Shown: positions 1 through 9,896 of the stretch, piece by piece
Layout: the number at the start of each line of letters is the position of its first letter
Numbering within the stretch: the first letter of the stretch is position 1
From: Alphaproteobacteria bacterium
Lineage (GTDB): Bacteria > Pseudomonadota > Alphaproteobacteria > RF32 > CAG-239
DNA length: 64,000 bases
Assembly (NCBI GenBank): GCA_017467515.1
Contig: JAFUSU010000004.1
Location: 621-64,620 of the forward strand
Direction of reading: 5' to 3'
Program-made: the position numbers and the translations under genes
Notes under the pieces: generated by a model
The model's database searches: none
The model's input: only the letters and a program-made list of their open reading frames with translations
Told to the model about the DNA's origin: nothing

Positions 1-55
1 TTCTCTTTCAAAAAAAGGCAGGAAAAACCTGCCTTTCAACTAAGGATATAAGAGC

Positions 56-1501
56 TTAAGCATCTAAAGCACGACGCAAAGCATCAACACTCTCTGCCAA
101 AGAAGCATCTTCAACAATCAATTCTTCAACTTTACGAACAGCATGCATAACCGTTGTATGGTCACGGTCAAACTTACGTCCGATTTCCGGCAAAGAACGA
201 GATGTCAGCTGTTTTGCTAAATACATTGCAATTTGACGAGGACGGGCAACTGTCCGTGCACGGCGGGAAGACTGCATTTCTTTAACGGAAATGTTGAAAT
301 ATTCAGCTACTTTCTTTTGGATTTCATCAATTGTTGTTCGTTTATCAAAAGAACGAAGCATATCTTTCAGAACATCTTGCGTCATATCAAGCGTGATTTC
401 TTTATCGGATAAAAGTTGAGAGTGAGCAATAACGCGACGCAAAGCACCTTCCAATTCACGAATATTAGAAGTGATTTTTTGTGCTAAAAATTCAGAAACC
501 TTTTCCGGTAATTCAACACCTAATTGACGCGCTTTGTTTTCCAAAATTCCAATACGCAAATCAAAATCTGTCGGATGAATATCTGCCACCAAACCGCAGG
601 CCAAACGAGATTTTAAGCGAGCTTCAATACCCTCCAAGTCGGAAGGAGATTTATCCGCAGAAATAATAATCTGCCGCCCTTCTTCGATTAAAGAATTAAA
701 AGTATAGAAAAATTCTTCTTGAGTATTGTCTTTACCGCCCATAAATTGAACATCGTCAACCATCAAAACATCAACGGAACGAAATTGCTCTTTGAAAGCC
801 GTCGTATCCTTATAACGTAAGGCTCTGACGAATTTATACATAAACTTTTCTGCAGACAAATAAACAATGTTCCGGCTCGGATCCTGTTGTTTAATGTGCC
901 AAGCAATGGCGTGCATCAAGTGCGTTTTACCTAAACCGACGCCGGAATATAAGAATAAAGGATTAAACGAAACATTGCGAGATTCGGCAACTTTACGGGC
1001 AGCCGCATAGGCAAATTCATTTGTTTTACCGACAACGAAATTATCAAAAGTATATTGAGGATTTAGTGGAACAGACAAAGATTGATCTTGGTTAGCCATA
1101 AACTCATTATTGTTTGCCAATAAAGAATTTATACCGCTTTGATAGAAAGTTGCAGGGCTCGGACTTGTTGTGATTTTTTTGATTAAATCCCCGCAACCGC
1201 TGTGATATGGTCTGTAATTATCTTCCTGTGTTGCCTGAACGATAAAGTTAACGGATTTGATTTCCGGATTCTTTTTCCCCCAAATTTTATGGATTCTATC
1301 GGAATAATGAGTGACAACCCAGTTACGCATAAAACGGGTCGGAACACATACGTTCATAACGCCGTCGCTGAATGTTCCCGGTGTAAGCGGTTTTAACCAA
1401 CTGTCAAAAGCAACATCACCGACTTCATTTTTTAATTGGCTGCAGATTTGATCCCATTGTTCTTGTACGGATTCTAAATCATTTAATGCTTGCTCAGCCA
1501 T
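56..1501 (-). CDS. dnaA: Chromosomal replication initiator DnaA
   Basis: 481-aa ORF with AAA+ Walker A (GVGLGKTHL), DnaA sensor motifs and a C-terminal helix-turn-helix DNA-binding domain (ARPRQIAMYLAKQLTSRSLPEIGRKFDRDHTTV). Confidence 0.95.
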   Translation of the reverse strand: MAEQALNDLESVQEQWDQICSQLKNEVGDVAFDSWLKPLTPGTFSDGVMNVCVPTRFMRNWVVTHYSDRIHKIWGKKNPEIKSVNFIVQATQEDNYRPYHSGCGDLIKKITTSPSPATFYQSGINSLLANNNEFMANQDQSLSVPLNPQYTFDNFVVGKTNEFAYAAARKVAESRNVSFNPLFLYSGVGLGKTHLMHAIAWHIKQQDPSRNIVYLSAEKFMYKFVRALRYKDTTAFKEQFRSVDVLMVDDVQFMGGKDNTQEEFFYTFNSLIEEGRQIIISADKSPSDLEGIEARLKSRLACGLVADIHPTDFDLRIGILENKARQLGVELPEKVSEFLAQKITSNIRELEGALRRVIAHSQLLSDKEITLDMTQDVLKDMLRSFDKRTTIDEIQKKVAEYFNISVKEMQSSRRARTVARPRQIAMYLAKQLTSRSLPEIGRKFDRDHTTVMHAVRKVEELIVEDASLAESVDALRRALDA

Positions 1502-1949
1502 TTTCTCTCCCCATTCAAATATAATTAATTACAAACATAGTTTTCTGTTTTGCGGCTGAAAACCGATAGAACAGGCCGCTCAAAAATTCTTTGCGACAAC
1601 AGGTTCTTGCTTAATGTAATAAAGAAATAAACCAATCGCCGTAATTAAGAGTCTTTTCGATGAAAATGATTCTTAGAAGCGGACTCTTAATTTGTTTGTT
1701 CTTCCCCAGTCTTACTATCCTGAATGCAGAATTCTTAATACCCGTTTCTTTTTCATTCTGGAGGAGAAACGGTTCCCCGTATTAAGAAATACATAATAAT
1801 AAAGATCATCTGTTCATCTAAAGTGATTCGGATAATAAACTGAAAAAAAATAAAAACAATAGAACATTTTTAGAACATTGAAATTATATTTCTTGACATA
1901 TTTATTTATTAGAGTCGCTCTAGAGTCTTGAAAAACATAATAAAAAACA

Positions 1950-1985
1950 CAAAACCATACACCTCGTTTTTTCTTGAGGTGTTAA
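1950..1985 (-). terminator. Rho-independent terminator downstream of rpsT
   Basis: Perfect 8-bp inverted repeat aacacctc/gaggtgtt around a T-rich loop, followed on the minus strand by T-runs, just 3' of rpsT. Confidence 0.45.
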
Positions 1986-2018
1986 GTTTTGTGCTTTTTT
2001 TGTAAAAGATATTTCAGC

Positions 2019-2279
2019 TTAAAGAGCTTTAATTTTTTTAGATAAGCGAGAAACGGTGCGAGAAGCTGTATTCTTTTTATAAACACCTTTGTTAACAGCT
2101 CTCATCAACTCAGATTCAGCAACTTTAAATGCATTTGCTGCTGCTTCTTTATTATTCTCAGCAATAGCGGCTAAAACTTTTTTAACAAAAGTACGAACAC
2201 GACTTCTGCGAGCGCCGTTGATAATGCTTCTTTTATTGTTTCTGTTTATTCTTGTTTTTGCCGATTTATGATTGGCCAT
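2019..2279 (-). CDS. rpsT: 30S ribosomal protein S20
   Basis: 86-aa basic protein MANHKSAKTRINRNNKRSI... typical of S20. Sits immediately upstream of dnaA, as in many alphaproteobacteria. Confidence 0.9.
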   Translation of the reverse strand: MANHKSAKTRINRNNKRSIINGARRSRVRTFVKKVLAAIAENNKEAAANAFKVAESELMRAVNKGVYKKNTASRTVSRLSKKIKAL

Positions 2280-2405
2280 TTTTTTATTCCTATTTTTTTA
2301 GTTAAAAACAATTTTAATAATTCTGATAAGCTTTATAAACTGATAACCTGATAAGTCAACAAAAATATTACTCAAATTTCAAAATTTTATAAAGTTTCCT
2401 TGTTT

Positions 2406-3155
2406 TTAGGCATTTTTAGAGGTGTAGTTTTGTAAAATTTGCTGAAATTCGGCAGATTCTATAGCGCTGAGCGCGGAAAGAGCCTCTAAATCGGAGGAGG
2501 TCGAGTCCCCTGTTTCGGCAATGATTCGTTTAGCCAGATAAACGGCTTTTTCAGGAAGAAGGGCGATTCTTTTTGCTAATTTCAAGGATTCTTCGGCTAA
2601 AGATTCCGGTGTCACGCAACGACTGATAAGACCGCAAAATTCTGCTTCATCGGCAGTTATTGTTTTTCCGCTTAAAATCATATCCATAGCTTTTGCTTTT
2701 CCTATTCTTGAGGTTAAGCGACCGCTGCCGCCGAAGCAGGGAAGTAAGCCGACGCTGAGTTCCGGCAATCCGAAACGAGCATTGTCTGCGGCCAAAATAA
2801 TATCGCAAGCTAAAGCGATTTCGCATCCGATTCCAAAAACAAAGCCGGAAACAGCAGCAATGACAGGTTTCTGTGAACGGATCAGACATTGAAAACTGTT
2901 TTGCATATTTTGAAGAATAGTCTTTGTGTTATCAATATCTGCGGCTAAAGCTTTAATATCCAATCCGGCAGAAAAGGCCTGTTCGATTCCTCTTAAAACG
3001 ATAACTCTGATATTTCTATGTTGATTAAAGTTTCTGATGCTGTGAGCCAGTTCTTCAAGCATTTTTTCATTAACGGTATTCAGAGTCTGAGGGCGATTAA
3101 GGGTGATAATGCCGACATCTTCACGAATTTCATCAACAATATATTCATTACTCAT
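2406..3155 (-). CDS. Enoyl-CoA hydratase/isomerase (crotonase) family protein
   Basis: 249 aa with crotonase-fold signatures (AAVSGFVFGIGCEIALACDIILAADNARFGLPE). Confidence 0.8.
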   Translation of the reverse strand: MSNEYIVDEIREDVGIITLNRPQTLNTVNEKMLEELAHSIRNFNQHRNIRVIVLRGIEQAFSAGLDIKALAADIDNTKTILQNMQNSFQCLIRSQKPVIAAVSGFVFGIGCEIALACDIILAADNARFGLPELSVGLLPCFGGSGRLTSRIGKAKAMDMILSGKTITADEAEFCGLISRCVTPESLAEESLKLAKRIALLPEKAVYLAKRIIAETGDSTSSDLEALSALSAIESAEFQQILQNYTSKNA

Positions 3156-3167
3156 AATTAATACTCC

Positions 3168-3539
3168 TCAGATTCTGTTTTTAACGGTGATGCGAATTTT
3201 CAAAGGTTTAGAGGCATCTTTGTGAAAAGTAAGAGATTCTCCGTCACGATAAAAAATAACGGAATTATCATCTGTGCCTTGATATATCCAACCCAATTGC
3301 GGCAAAGATTCCGTATAAAACTTTTCAACAGCCTTAAAACCTACTTTGGAAGAAGTCAGATAAACTTCAATGAATCGGGCTTCTTCATTGCCGAAAGAAA
3401 CGGTATTTTGTGTATTTTGTTCTAATCCGCTCATTAAAGGGATATCTTCCAGACCGTCAATGAATTTGACATCTTTTGCTGTAACAAGGCTTGCAAAACC
3501 GATAAAACAGAAAATAAAAATATAAAAAAACTTCGTCAT
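3168..3539 (-). CDS. Hypothetical secreted/periplasmic protein
   Basis: 123 aa with an N-terminal signal peptide (FIFCFIGFASLVTA). No recognisable domain. Confidence 0.4.
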   Translation of the reverse strand: MTKFFYIFIFCFIGFASLVTAKDVKFIDGLEDIPLMSGLEQNTQNTVSFGNEEARFIEVYLTSSKVGFKAVEKFYTESLPQLGWIYQGTDDNSVIFYRDGESLTFHKDASKPLKIRITVKNRI

Positions 3540-3545
3540 TCTTTA

Positions 3546-4382
3546 TTACCTTTGTTTTGTTTTACAAAAATAAGTTGATCGCCCGCCCTGTACAATTTTT
3601 TGGATTCCTCCTGTTTTTGCTAAAAGACAGGTACATTGAGGGCAAGGCTGTCCTTCTTTTCCGTAAACGCAGTGTTGATTTTGGAAATAACCAAGACTGC
3701 CATCCGGTTTACGATAGTCTTTTAAAGAAGACCCGCCGGCCTCTATCGCTTGTTGAAGAACTTTTTTTATTCCGATTACAAGCCGATTACATTCTTTAAG
3801 AGAAAGCTTACTTGCGGGTTTGGTTGGTATAATGCCTGCCAAATAGAGGGCTTCCGAGGCATATATATTCCCTAAACCGGAAACAATACTTTGCTCTAAT
3901 AAAACCAGTTTAATCGGAATTGTTTTTTTTATCAATTTTTCTTTTAAATATGCTCCATTAAAATCTTTATCAAAAGGATCAAGCCCCAGATTTTTGAGCA
4001 GAGGATGTTCCTCCAAACTGTTTGTTGGTGTGTATAAGATTAAACCAAACCGGCGAGGATCATTATAAATCATAAATCCTTTAGATGTTTCAAAAATCAA
4101 ATGGTCGTGCTCTCGGATGCTTTCCTGTGTGTCTGACAAACGGATTGTTCCGCTCATTCCTAAATGAAGGATAAGAGAAAGACCGTTATTTAGATTAAGA
4201 ACAATATATTTAGCGATTCTCTTAAATTCAACAAGGGTTGCACCGCAAATTAATTCTTGCAAATGACAAGGAACAGGTTGCCTTAAAAAAGGGTTTCTAA
4301 TGGTTACTTTAAGAAAAACGGCATCTTTTAACTTTGCGACAAGAGCCGATTTAACAGTTTCAACTTCCGGTAATTCAGGCAT
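3546..4382 (-). CDS. mutM: Formamidopyrimidine-DNA glycosylase
   Basis: Starts MPELPEVE (catalytic Pro2/Glu3). 278 aa with a C-terminal zinc finger CPQC...YFC. Confidence 0.9.
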   Translation of the reverse strand: MPELPEVETVKSALVAKLKDAVFLKVTIRNPFLRQPVPCHLQELICGATLVEFKRIAKYIVLNLNNGLSLILHLGMSGTIRLSDTQESIREHDHLIFETSKGFMIYNDPRRFGLILYTPTNSLEEHPLLKNLGLDPFDKDFNGAYLKEKLIKKTIPIKLVLLEQSIVSGLGNIYASEALYLAGIIPTKPASKLSLKECNRLVIGIKKVLQQAIEAGGSSLKDYRKPDGSLGYFQNQHCVYGKEGQPCPQCTCLLAKTGGIQKIVQGGRSTYFCKTKQR

Positions 4383-4530
4383 TTATATCCTCCGCTGTTT
4401 GAGTATAGAAAAATTGTTATTTTATTTCAATAAGTTTATGGCGCCGAAAGACAAAGAAATAACAACGCTTGCTATTGGCGTCTTTCTGATATAATAATAA
4501 AAAATCAGTGTAAAAATTACCGAAGTTAAA

Positions 4531-5079
4531 ATGAGAAAAACACAAAGAACCAGAAAATATTTCGCTCCGCAAACGGAGGACAGCCAAAGAAAATGCGATC
4601 ACAAAGGGTGTGAAAAAGCAGGGATATATCGTGCCCCTAAAGATAAAAAGCTTAAAGAATATTATTGGTTTTGCTTAGAACACGTTCAAGAATATAATGC
4701 TCATTGGAACTATTATGCCGATTCTGATGATGATGAAGATTTGCGTCAAGCAAAGGCTAAAATGCATTTCAACGGCGGAAAATCAAAAATAAAATATCGT
4801 TATGGGTATCGTTTCAAAGACGCTTTCGGCTTTTTTAATGAGTATGCCGAAGAATTCAGTGAAGCGGCGCCGGAGAGTTTTTTTACCTCAGAAGAACGGC
4901 GGTGGATAGAAATTATGGAATTGGATTATAATACGCTGAGCGTTGAAAACCTGAAAAAACAATATAAAAAATTAGTAAAAAAATATCACCCCGATGTTAA
5001 TCGGGATGATAAAGATGCGGAAGAAAAATTTAAGCAGCTGACAAACGCATACAGTGCGCTCTTAGCTAAACTTTCATAG
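4531..5079 (+). CDS. J-domain (DnaJ-like) protein with an N-terminal Cys-rich zinc-ribbon-like region
   Basis: C-terminal J domain (KKYHPDVNRDDKDAEEKFKQLTNAYSAL, HPD motif). N-terminal CDHKGC...WFCLEH cysteine/histidine cluster. Confidence 0.6.
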   Translation: MRKTQRTRKYFAPQTEDSQRKCDHKGCEKAGIYRAPKDKKLKEYYWFCLEHVQEYNAHWNYYADSDDDEDLRQAKAKMHFNGGKSKIKYRYGYRFKDAFGFFNEYAEEFSEAAPESFFTSEERRWIEIMELDYNTLSVENLKKQYKKLVKKYHPDVNRDDKDAEEKFKQLTNAYSALLAKLS

Positions 5080-5968
5080 CTTGCTGCTCTTGCTTTTTGT
5101 GTTGTTCCAATAATTTTTTAAAACTGACTTTTTGTTGCTGCCGAATACGTTTTTCTCTTTTTTTATCTTCCTTCACACTTGGTTTTCTACCGGTTTTCTG
5201 CAATAACAACTTAGCGACTCTTTTGTCGTCATTTGCGGTGTCGGTAATTTTGATGACATCGCTCATTTTCATTCCTTCAACGGAATGAATACCTCCCATT
5301 TTTTGGAGTCTTTTCATTCCCGTCATCAGTTTTTGCATTTTTTCAGCATTCAACTTGGCATTTCCGATCTTTATATCCGGAGAAATATATTTTTCAACAG
5401 CTCTCTTAAAAGTATCCTTTCCCCAGCCGTTATTTTGCATATTTTCGGCTATTTCCTGCTGTGACATTTGAGGCACGCCGGCCTTTCTTGCAAAATGATT
5501 TGCAGCGCAAAGCGCTTGAACTTTAGCGGCATTTTGCTGCATCCTGATTTCTTGCATAGTTTGCTTTTGGGATATAAATTTTTTTTCTTTTTCACTCAGC
5601 CCGTTATATAAAGGGTTTTGCATAAAATCATTTTCCAAAGATAAAGAGGACAAATCAATCATCTCAACACTGGTTTCTTCCTCATCGTCTTCGTCCAGAG
5701 CCTGTTTTATTTTTTTTCGCATTTTTTTTAAGTGGCAATTAAATGATTCGCTTGGCTGAGCGGTTAAAGAAACAGGTTTTGTAAAATTGTTTTTTTTCTT
5801 GCTCTCGGCGAGAGCTTCCTGATTCTCATCAATTCCGCGAGATAATCTTTCCTTTTTTCCAAAACTCTTTTTTTTCCATTCAAAATTAGAATTTAAGGTG
5901 TCATCACCCATAGTAAATCTCCAACTAAAATCAAATATAATATTACCCCTTTTACGGGGTTTTGTCAA
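5066..5968 (-). CDS. Hypothetical Lys/Glu-rich protein
   Basis: 300-aa ORF. Converges on the J-domain gene with a 14-nt overlap. No motif recognised. Confidence 0.4.
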   Translation of the reverse strand: MTKPRKRGNIIFDFSWRFTMGDDTLNSNFEWKKKSFGKKERLSRGIDENQEALAESKKKNNFTKPVSLTAQPSESFNCHLKKMRKKIKQALDEDDEEETSVEMIDLSSLSLENDFMQNPLYNGLSEKEKKFISQKQTMQEIRMQQNAAKVQALCAANHFARKAGVPQMSQQEIAENMQNNGWGKDTFKRAVEKYISPDIKIGNAKLNAEKMQKLMTGMKRLQKMGGIHSVEGMKMSDVIKITDTANDDKRVAKLLLQKTGRKPSVKEDKKREKRIRQQQKVSFKKLLEQHKKQEQQAMKV

Positions 5969-5978
5969 ATGTATTTGT

Positions 5979-7661
5979 CTAATTAACGGCTTTGTTTGTC
6001 ACCATAATTGAGCCGTCGGATAAAAGAGAAGATAATATATCTATCTGAACGCCGTCATTTCTGATGAGGCGGAATGTTTTTGTATTTGCATTGGTTAAAT
6101 GTTCTATAATATCGCTTTTTAAATCTTGCCAATTTTCTACATTATTAAAAAAGTGACGTTCTTCTTCTAAAAGCTCCGTGATACTCGGTTCTTTCTGCAA
6201 AAAAATCTCCTCTAAATTCCACAGGGAAAGATAGGCTTGATTGTACGCATTTAAACGTCCGTTAGAACCAAAGATAATGACGGCATCAAACAAATTATCA
6301 AGAATTTCGGTTTGAACTTGAACCAATGCGTTATAAGCTCTTTGGGTTGCTAGTCTGTCGGATACGTCCTCAAAAGCAAAAACCAATCCGCCCATAGGGT
6401 GAGGAGAACGAACACGCCGGATTGTATTGTCATTCGGTAAATGAAGAAGATCTTCTTTAGGTTCCAGAATTTTATTAAAAGCAGATAATTCTTCATCTTT
6501 GTAACTCTTAAAATCGGGGACTTCCGGCAATAAGCGCTTTTCTCTGACATTTTCTAAAAAAGAAGAGTAGGAAGGGGAAGAGTCCAGCCATTGAGAATCT
6601 TGTTGCCAAAGCAATGCAAAAGCTTTGTTGTAGAAAGAAAGTTTATAGTCGCTGTTAAAAACGGCAAAGGCTGTTCCCAGCGTGCCTAAAATTTCGAAAT
6701 GTGCGTTTTGGTGCAATTTGAGATTTCTTTTAAGGCTGTCTAATTCCGTGATATCAATTAAAGTGCCTACGCTCCATATTTTATCCAAATAGCCTTCCAA
6801 ATGAAAAGGCGATTCCCATACCTCAAAGGAGCAATGTTGTCCATTTTTAATCAAGGAAATTTTTTCGGATTGAGTTCTGTTTAAAGATTGTGCCTGCTCA
6901 GCCAATTCTTTAGATACGCTGACATTATTGGTACCGCAAATTTCAATCTGATGTTGAATAATATCATATTTATTAGCCCCTTTAATGAACTCTAAGTATT
7001 TTTTGTTAACTAAAACCAAATTGAGCTTATCATCTCGTAACCATGCGGGGTAAGGAAGGTTATCGATAATATCTTCCAACTGTTGACTGCGAAGAAGAGC
7101 CATTTTTTTATTTTCTTCAAGAGTCGAAATTAAAAGACTCTCATTACTGATATCTCTAAACCAAATCATATCGCAGTACAAATTTCCGTCATTTGCGTTA
7201 ATTCTTGCCCCGTTCAGCTTCAGTTTTCTCTCATTATTTTTCAGGACAAAATCTTCTTCAAAAGAAACACCGTCTTCCCGTAATAAAGTGACATATTTAA
7301 TTATTTTTTTAGTATCGTCTTTATAAAAACATTTTAAAACATCCTCAAAGGTAGAGGCCGTTCCCTGCGGTAGGTCTAAAATGACGGCAAGTCTTCGAGA
7401 GCAACGCTCTTTAATATAATTCTGAGGATCATTGACTTTTTCATCAGGATAAATAAAAGCAAAATAACCGTCTTTTGAGGCATACAGCGTTTCTGCATAT
7501 CGCTCTCTGTCACGATTTATAAAATAATTTTTTTGGGTAAGTTTCAGAACTCTTATCTCAAAATAAAGCAAAAAACCGAGCAAAAGTAAAAACACCAGCA
7601 AAAGCATATACCACAGCTCCGGCGCGGCGTAAAACATATCCAGCATCAGTTCTTTATTCAT
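5979..7661 (-). CDS. Membrane-anchored multi-PAS-domain sensor protein with no recognisable output domain
   Basis: N-terminal transmembrane helix, then three PAS-like blocks (…LPYPAWLRDDKLNLVLVNKKYLEFIKG…, …ILGTLGTAFAVFNSDYKLSFYNKAF…, …ILDNLFDAVIIFGSNGRLNAYNQAY…). No kinase or GGDEF motifs seen. Confidence 0.55.
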   Translation of the reverse strand: MNKELMLDMFYAAPELWYMLLLVFLLLLGFLLYFEIRVLKLTQKNYFINRDRERYAETLYASKDGYFAFIYPDEKVNDPQNYIKERCSRRLAVILDLPQGTASTFEDVLKCFYKDDTKKIIKYVTLLREDGVSFEEDFVLKNNERKLKLNGARINANDGNLYCDMIWFRDISNESLLISTLEENKKMALLRSQQLEDIIDNLPYPAWLRDDKLNLVLVNKKYLEFIKGANKYDIIQHQIEICGTNNVSVSKELAEQAQSLNRTQSEKISLIKNGQHCSFEVWESPFHLEGYLDKIWSVGTLIDITELDSLKRNLKLHQNAHFEILGTLGTAFAVFNSDYKLSFYNKAFALLWQQDSQWLDSSPSYSSFLENVREKRLLPEVPDFKSYKDEELSAFNKILEPKEDLLHLPNDNTIRRVRSPHPMGGLVFAFEDVSDRLATQRAYNALVQVQTEILDNLFDAVIIFGSNGRLNAYNQAYLSLWNLEEIFLQKEPSITELLEEERHFFNNVENWQDLKSDIIEHLTNANTKTFRLIRNDGVQIDILSSLLSDGSIMVTNKAVN

Positions 7662-7750
7662 TTTTTTACCATAAAATTATTGTTTCTTATTAGAAAGTAT
7701 ACTATAAAGCAGTAATAAGCAAACCATAAAAAGATAAAAGTGAACAAAAT

Positions 7751-8416
7751 ATGTATACATTAGCCATAGATACGACAGCAGCTGCGTGTTCGGTAGCTCT
7801 TTTTTCTGATGAAAAATGCGCAGAATCTTTTGTAAAAGAAATGGAGTTCGGACAAGCAGAAGCCTTAATTCCGGAAATAAATAATATTTTACAAAATCAC
7901 CGTCTGAAAATGGATGATATTAATTTATTAACCGTTTGTGTCGGACCGGGATCTTTTACGGGCGTTCGTTCAAGTATCTCCGCGGTAAGGGCATTCGGTT
8001 TAGCTTGTCCGAAGATGGAAGTCTTGGGTGTGACGGCTTTTAATGCATATATTCAACAACTTATAGAAAAACCTGAACAAATAGCTTCCTTAAATGCCGT
8101 TATCATTGAAACCAAAAGAGATGATTTTTATTTTCAAATTTTTGATGAACATCTCAAACCGCTAACAGAGCCGTCTGCAGCCTTAAAAGAAGACATCATT
8201 TCTTCTTTACGGTACAAAAAAGTAACTCTTTTGGGTGATGGAGTTGAACGATTCCTTAATGCACCGACCGGTTTGAGTTTGCACGCTATTTTAGATTCTG
8301 CACATTTAGATATTAAAGATTTAGCCTTATGCGGAATTCGCCATTATCATCAAAAAGAGCACAATTACCCCAAGCCCTTATATTTGAGAGCACCTGACGT
8401 TTGTATAAAAGGATAA
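7751..8416 (+). CDS. tsaB: tRNA threonylcarbamoyladenosine biosynthesis protein TsaB (YeaZ-like)
   Basis: 221 aa. Begins MYTLAIDTTAAACSVALF, the typical TsaB/Kae1-family N-terminus. Confidence 0.75.
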   Translation: MYTLAIDTTAAACSVALFSDEKCAESFVKEMEFGQAEALIPEINNILQNHRLKMDDINLLTVCVGPGSFTGVRSSISAVRAFGLACPKMEVLGVTAFNAYIQQLIEKPEQIASLNAVIIETKRDDFYFQIFDEHLKPLTEPSAALKEDIISSLRYKKVTLLGDGVERFLNAPTGLSLHAILDSAHLDIKDLALCGIRHYHQKEHNYPKPLYLRAPDVCIKG

Positions 8417-8418
8417 GC

Positions 8419-9810
8419 TTATATAGAGTTTTGATTTTGAGGCAAAACGGCAGCAATAATGTTTTCAGTATTTGTTTGATCAATTAATTGAATGATTTCA
8501 AGCTCTTTACGATCGAGGGGCCTGTTAATGCCGATGGAGTCATAATAACTTTTACTTGCCAAATAAAGCTCGGAAGCCTGAACACTTTCTCCCTGAGCAT
8601 AAAGATATTGAGATAAAAACTTTCGAGCGTTGGCTTCTTGGGAAAGATCTCTTTCTTTATTGGCGATTTTCAAAACATTGCGATAAGCCCAATTGGCCTT
8701 ATCATCAAGGCCTGCTTGCTTATATAAATCGGCACAACGGCTCCACGCTAAAGTGTTTTCCGGATTCATTTCTACCGCCAATTCAAATGAAGCAGAAGCT
8801 AAATTAGTGTCACACATTTCTGCTAAGGTTCCGAAATAACAAGCATAATTTGAAGATTGACGGAATAAAGCATTTCTCTGGGCCGTATTTTTTAAATTAA
8901 CGGCTTGATTGATTTTTTCATCCATCAACGCTTCTAAGAGAGCCATGGCATAAGAAGGATCTCCTGCAATTAATCTTAAAATACTTTCTTCTTCATCAGG
9001 AAGATCTTTAAGTCGGCGGACATTTGTAAAGGCTCCCTGTTTGCATAAATCTAAAAATTCTTTAACGGAAGTGACAATCTGTAACACGGTTTCTTCGGAT
9101 AAATCGTCTTTGCACCGATACATTAAGGCTTGAGCAATCTTAAGTTCATCAATATGTCGCCCGATCATATTAACAATCATACCGATTAAATCTCGTATAT
9201 TTTTACGCAGATTTAAAGAAGTTTCGGGGTTTTTTTGAGTATTCGTAATCGGTTGAGGACCGGTTTTTGATTTTTGCCAATCGAGTTCTACTAAATTATT
9301 TTCTTTTGTGTGCCGAGGTTGTTCTTGATAACCATCATCATAGCTTTGTTCTCGGGCGATGAAAGAACGTTCATCTTGTTCCTCTTTAATATTTTCGGGG
9401 ATATCAAAAGTTTCTTGAGCAGGTGATGAGGAATTTTTTGTTAATTCCGATTCTAATTCCGTTTCTAATTCGGTTACGGAATTTTCTTCAGAAGGATTCT
9501 CACTTAAAGGTGAAGTTTGTTCATTACTGCCGGCCACAGATGGTTTATTTCCAAAAAAGAAAGAAGATAATTTGGTTAAAATAAAAAGAACGGCAAAAAA
9601 AACAGAAACCAAGGCCAAAGCCGTCAGCGTTAAAGATAAAATGTGAATTTTATCGGCGGCAAATAAAAAATTTTCCAATTCACCGGTTATCGTATTGAAT
9701 AAATTCAAAAAACGATCAAACCCATCAGAAAAAACAGAAGTTGTCAGCTGATTTTCCATAATTTTAAAGGCACCATTTACAAATAATAAAATAACGGTTA
9801 AAGTAACCAA
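8419..9810 (-). CDS. Membrane protein with an acidic Ser/Thr/Glu-rich linker and C-terminal TPR-like repeats
   Basis: Two N-terminal TM helices, an ETELESELT low-complexity stretch and C-terminal TPR-like helices (AWSRCADLYKQAGLDDKANWAYRNVLKIAN). Confidence 0.5.
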   Translation of the reverse strand: MVTLTVILLFVNGAFKIMENQLTTSVFSDGFDRFLNLFNTITGELENFLFAADKIHILSLTLTALALVSVFFAVLFILTKLSSFFFGNKPSVAGSNEQTSPLSENPSEENSVTELETELESELTKNSSSPAQETFDIPENIKEEQDERSFIAREQSYDDGYQEQPRHTKENNLVELDWQKSKTGPQPITNTQKNPETSLNLRKNIRDLIGMIVNMIGRHIDELKIAQALMYRCKDDLSEETVLQIVTSVKEFLDLCKQGAFTNVRRLKDLPDEEESILRLIAGDPSYAMALLEALMDEKINQAVNLKNTAQRNALFRQSSNYACYFGTLAEMCDTNLASASFELAVEMNPENTLAWSRCADLYKQAGLDDKANWAYRNVLKIANKERDLSQEANARKFLSQYLYAQGESVQASELYLASKSYYDSIGINRPLDRKELEIIQLIDQTNTENIIAAVLPQNQNSI

Positions 9811-9896
9811 AACAGGAACTATTATAATAAAAACTTTTTAAAATACAATATAAACTGATACTGGCAAAATCAGTTTTTCATTAAAAGAACTAAACA

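Noticed and set aside
1502-2018. Calling this intergenic region oriC
   Set aside because: Only one degenerate DnaA-box-like site was found, and many alphaproteobacteria place oriC away from dnaA. Kept as a regulatory-region remark only.
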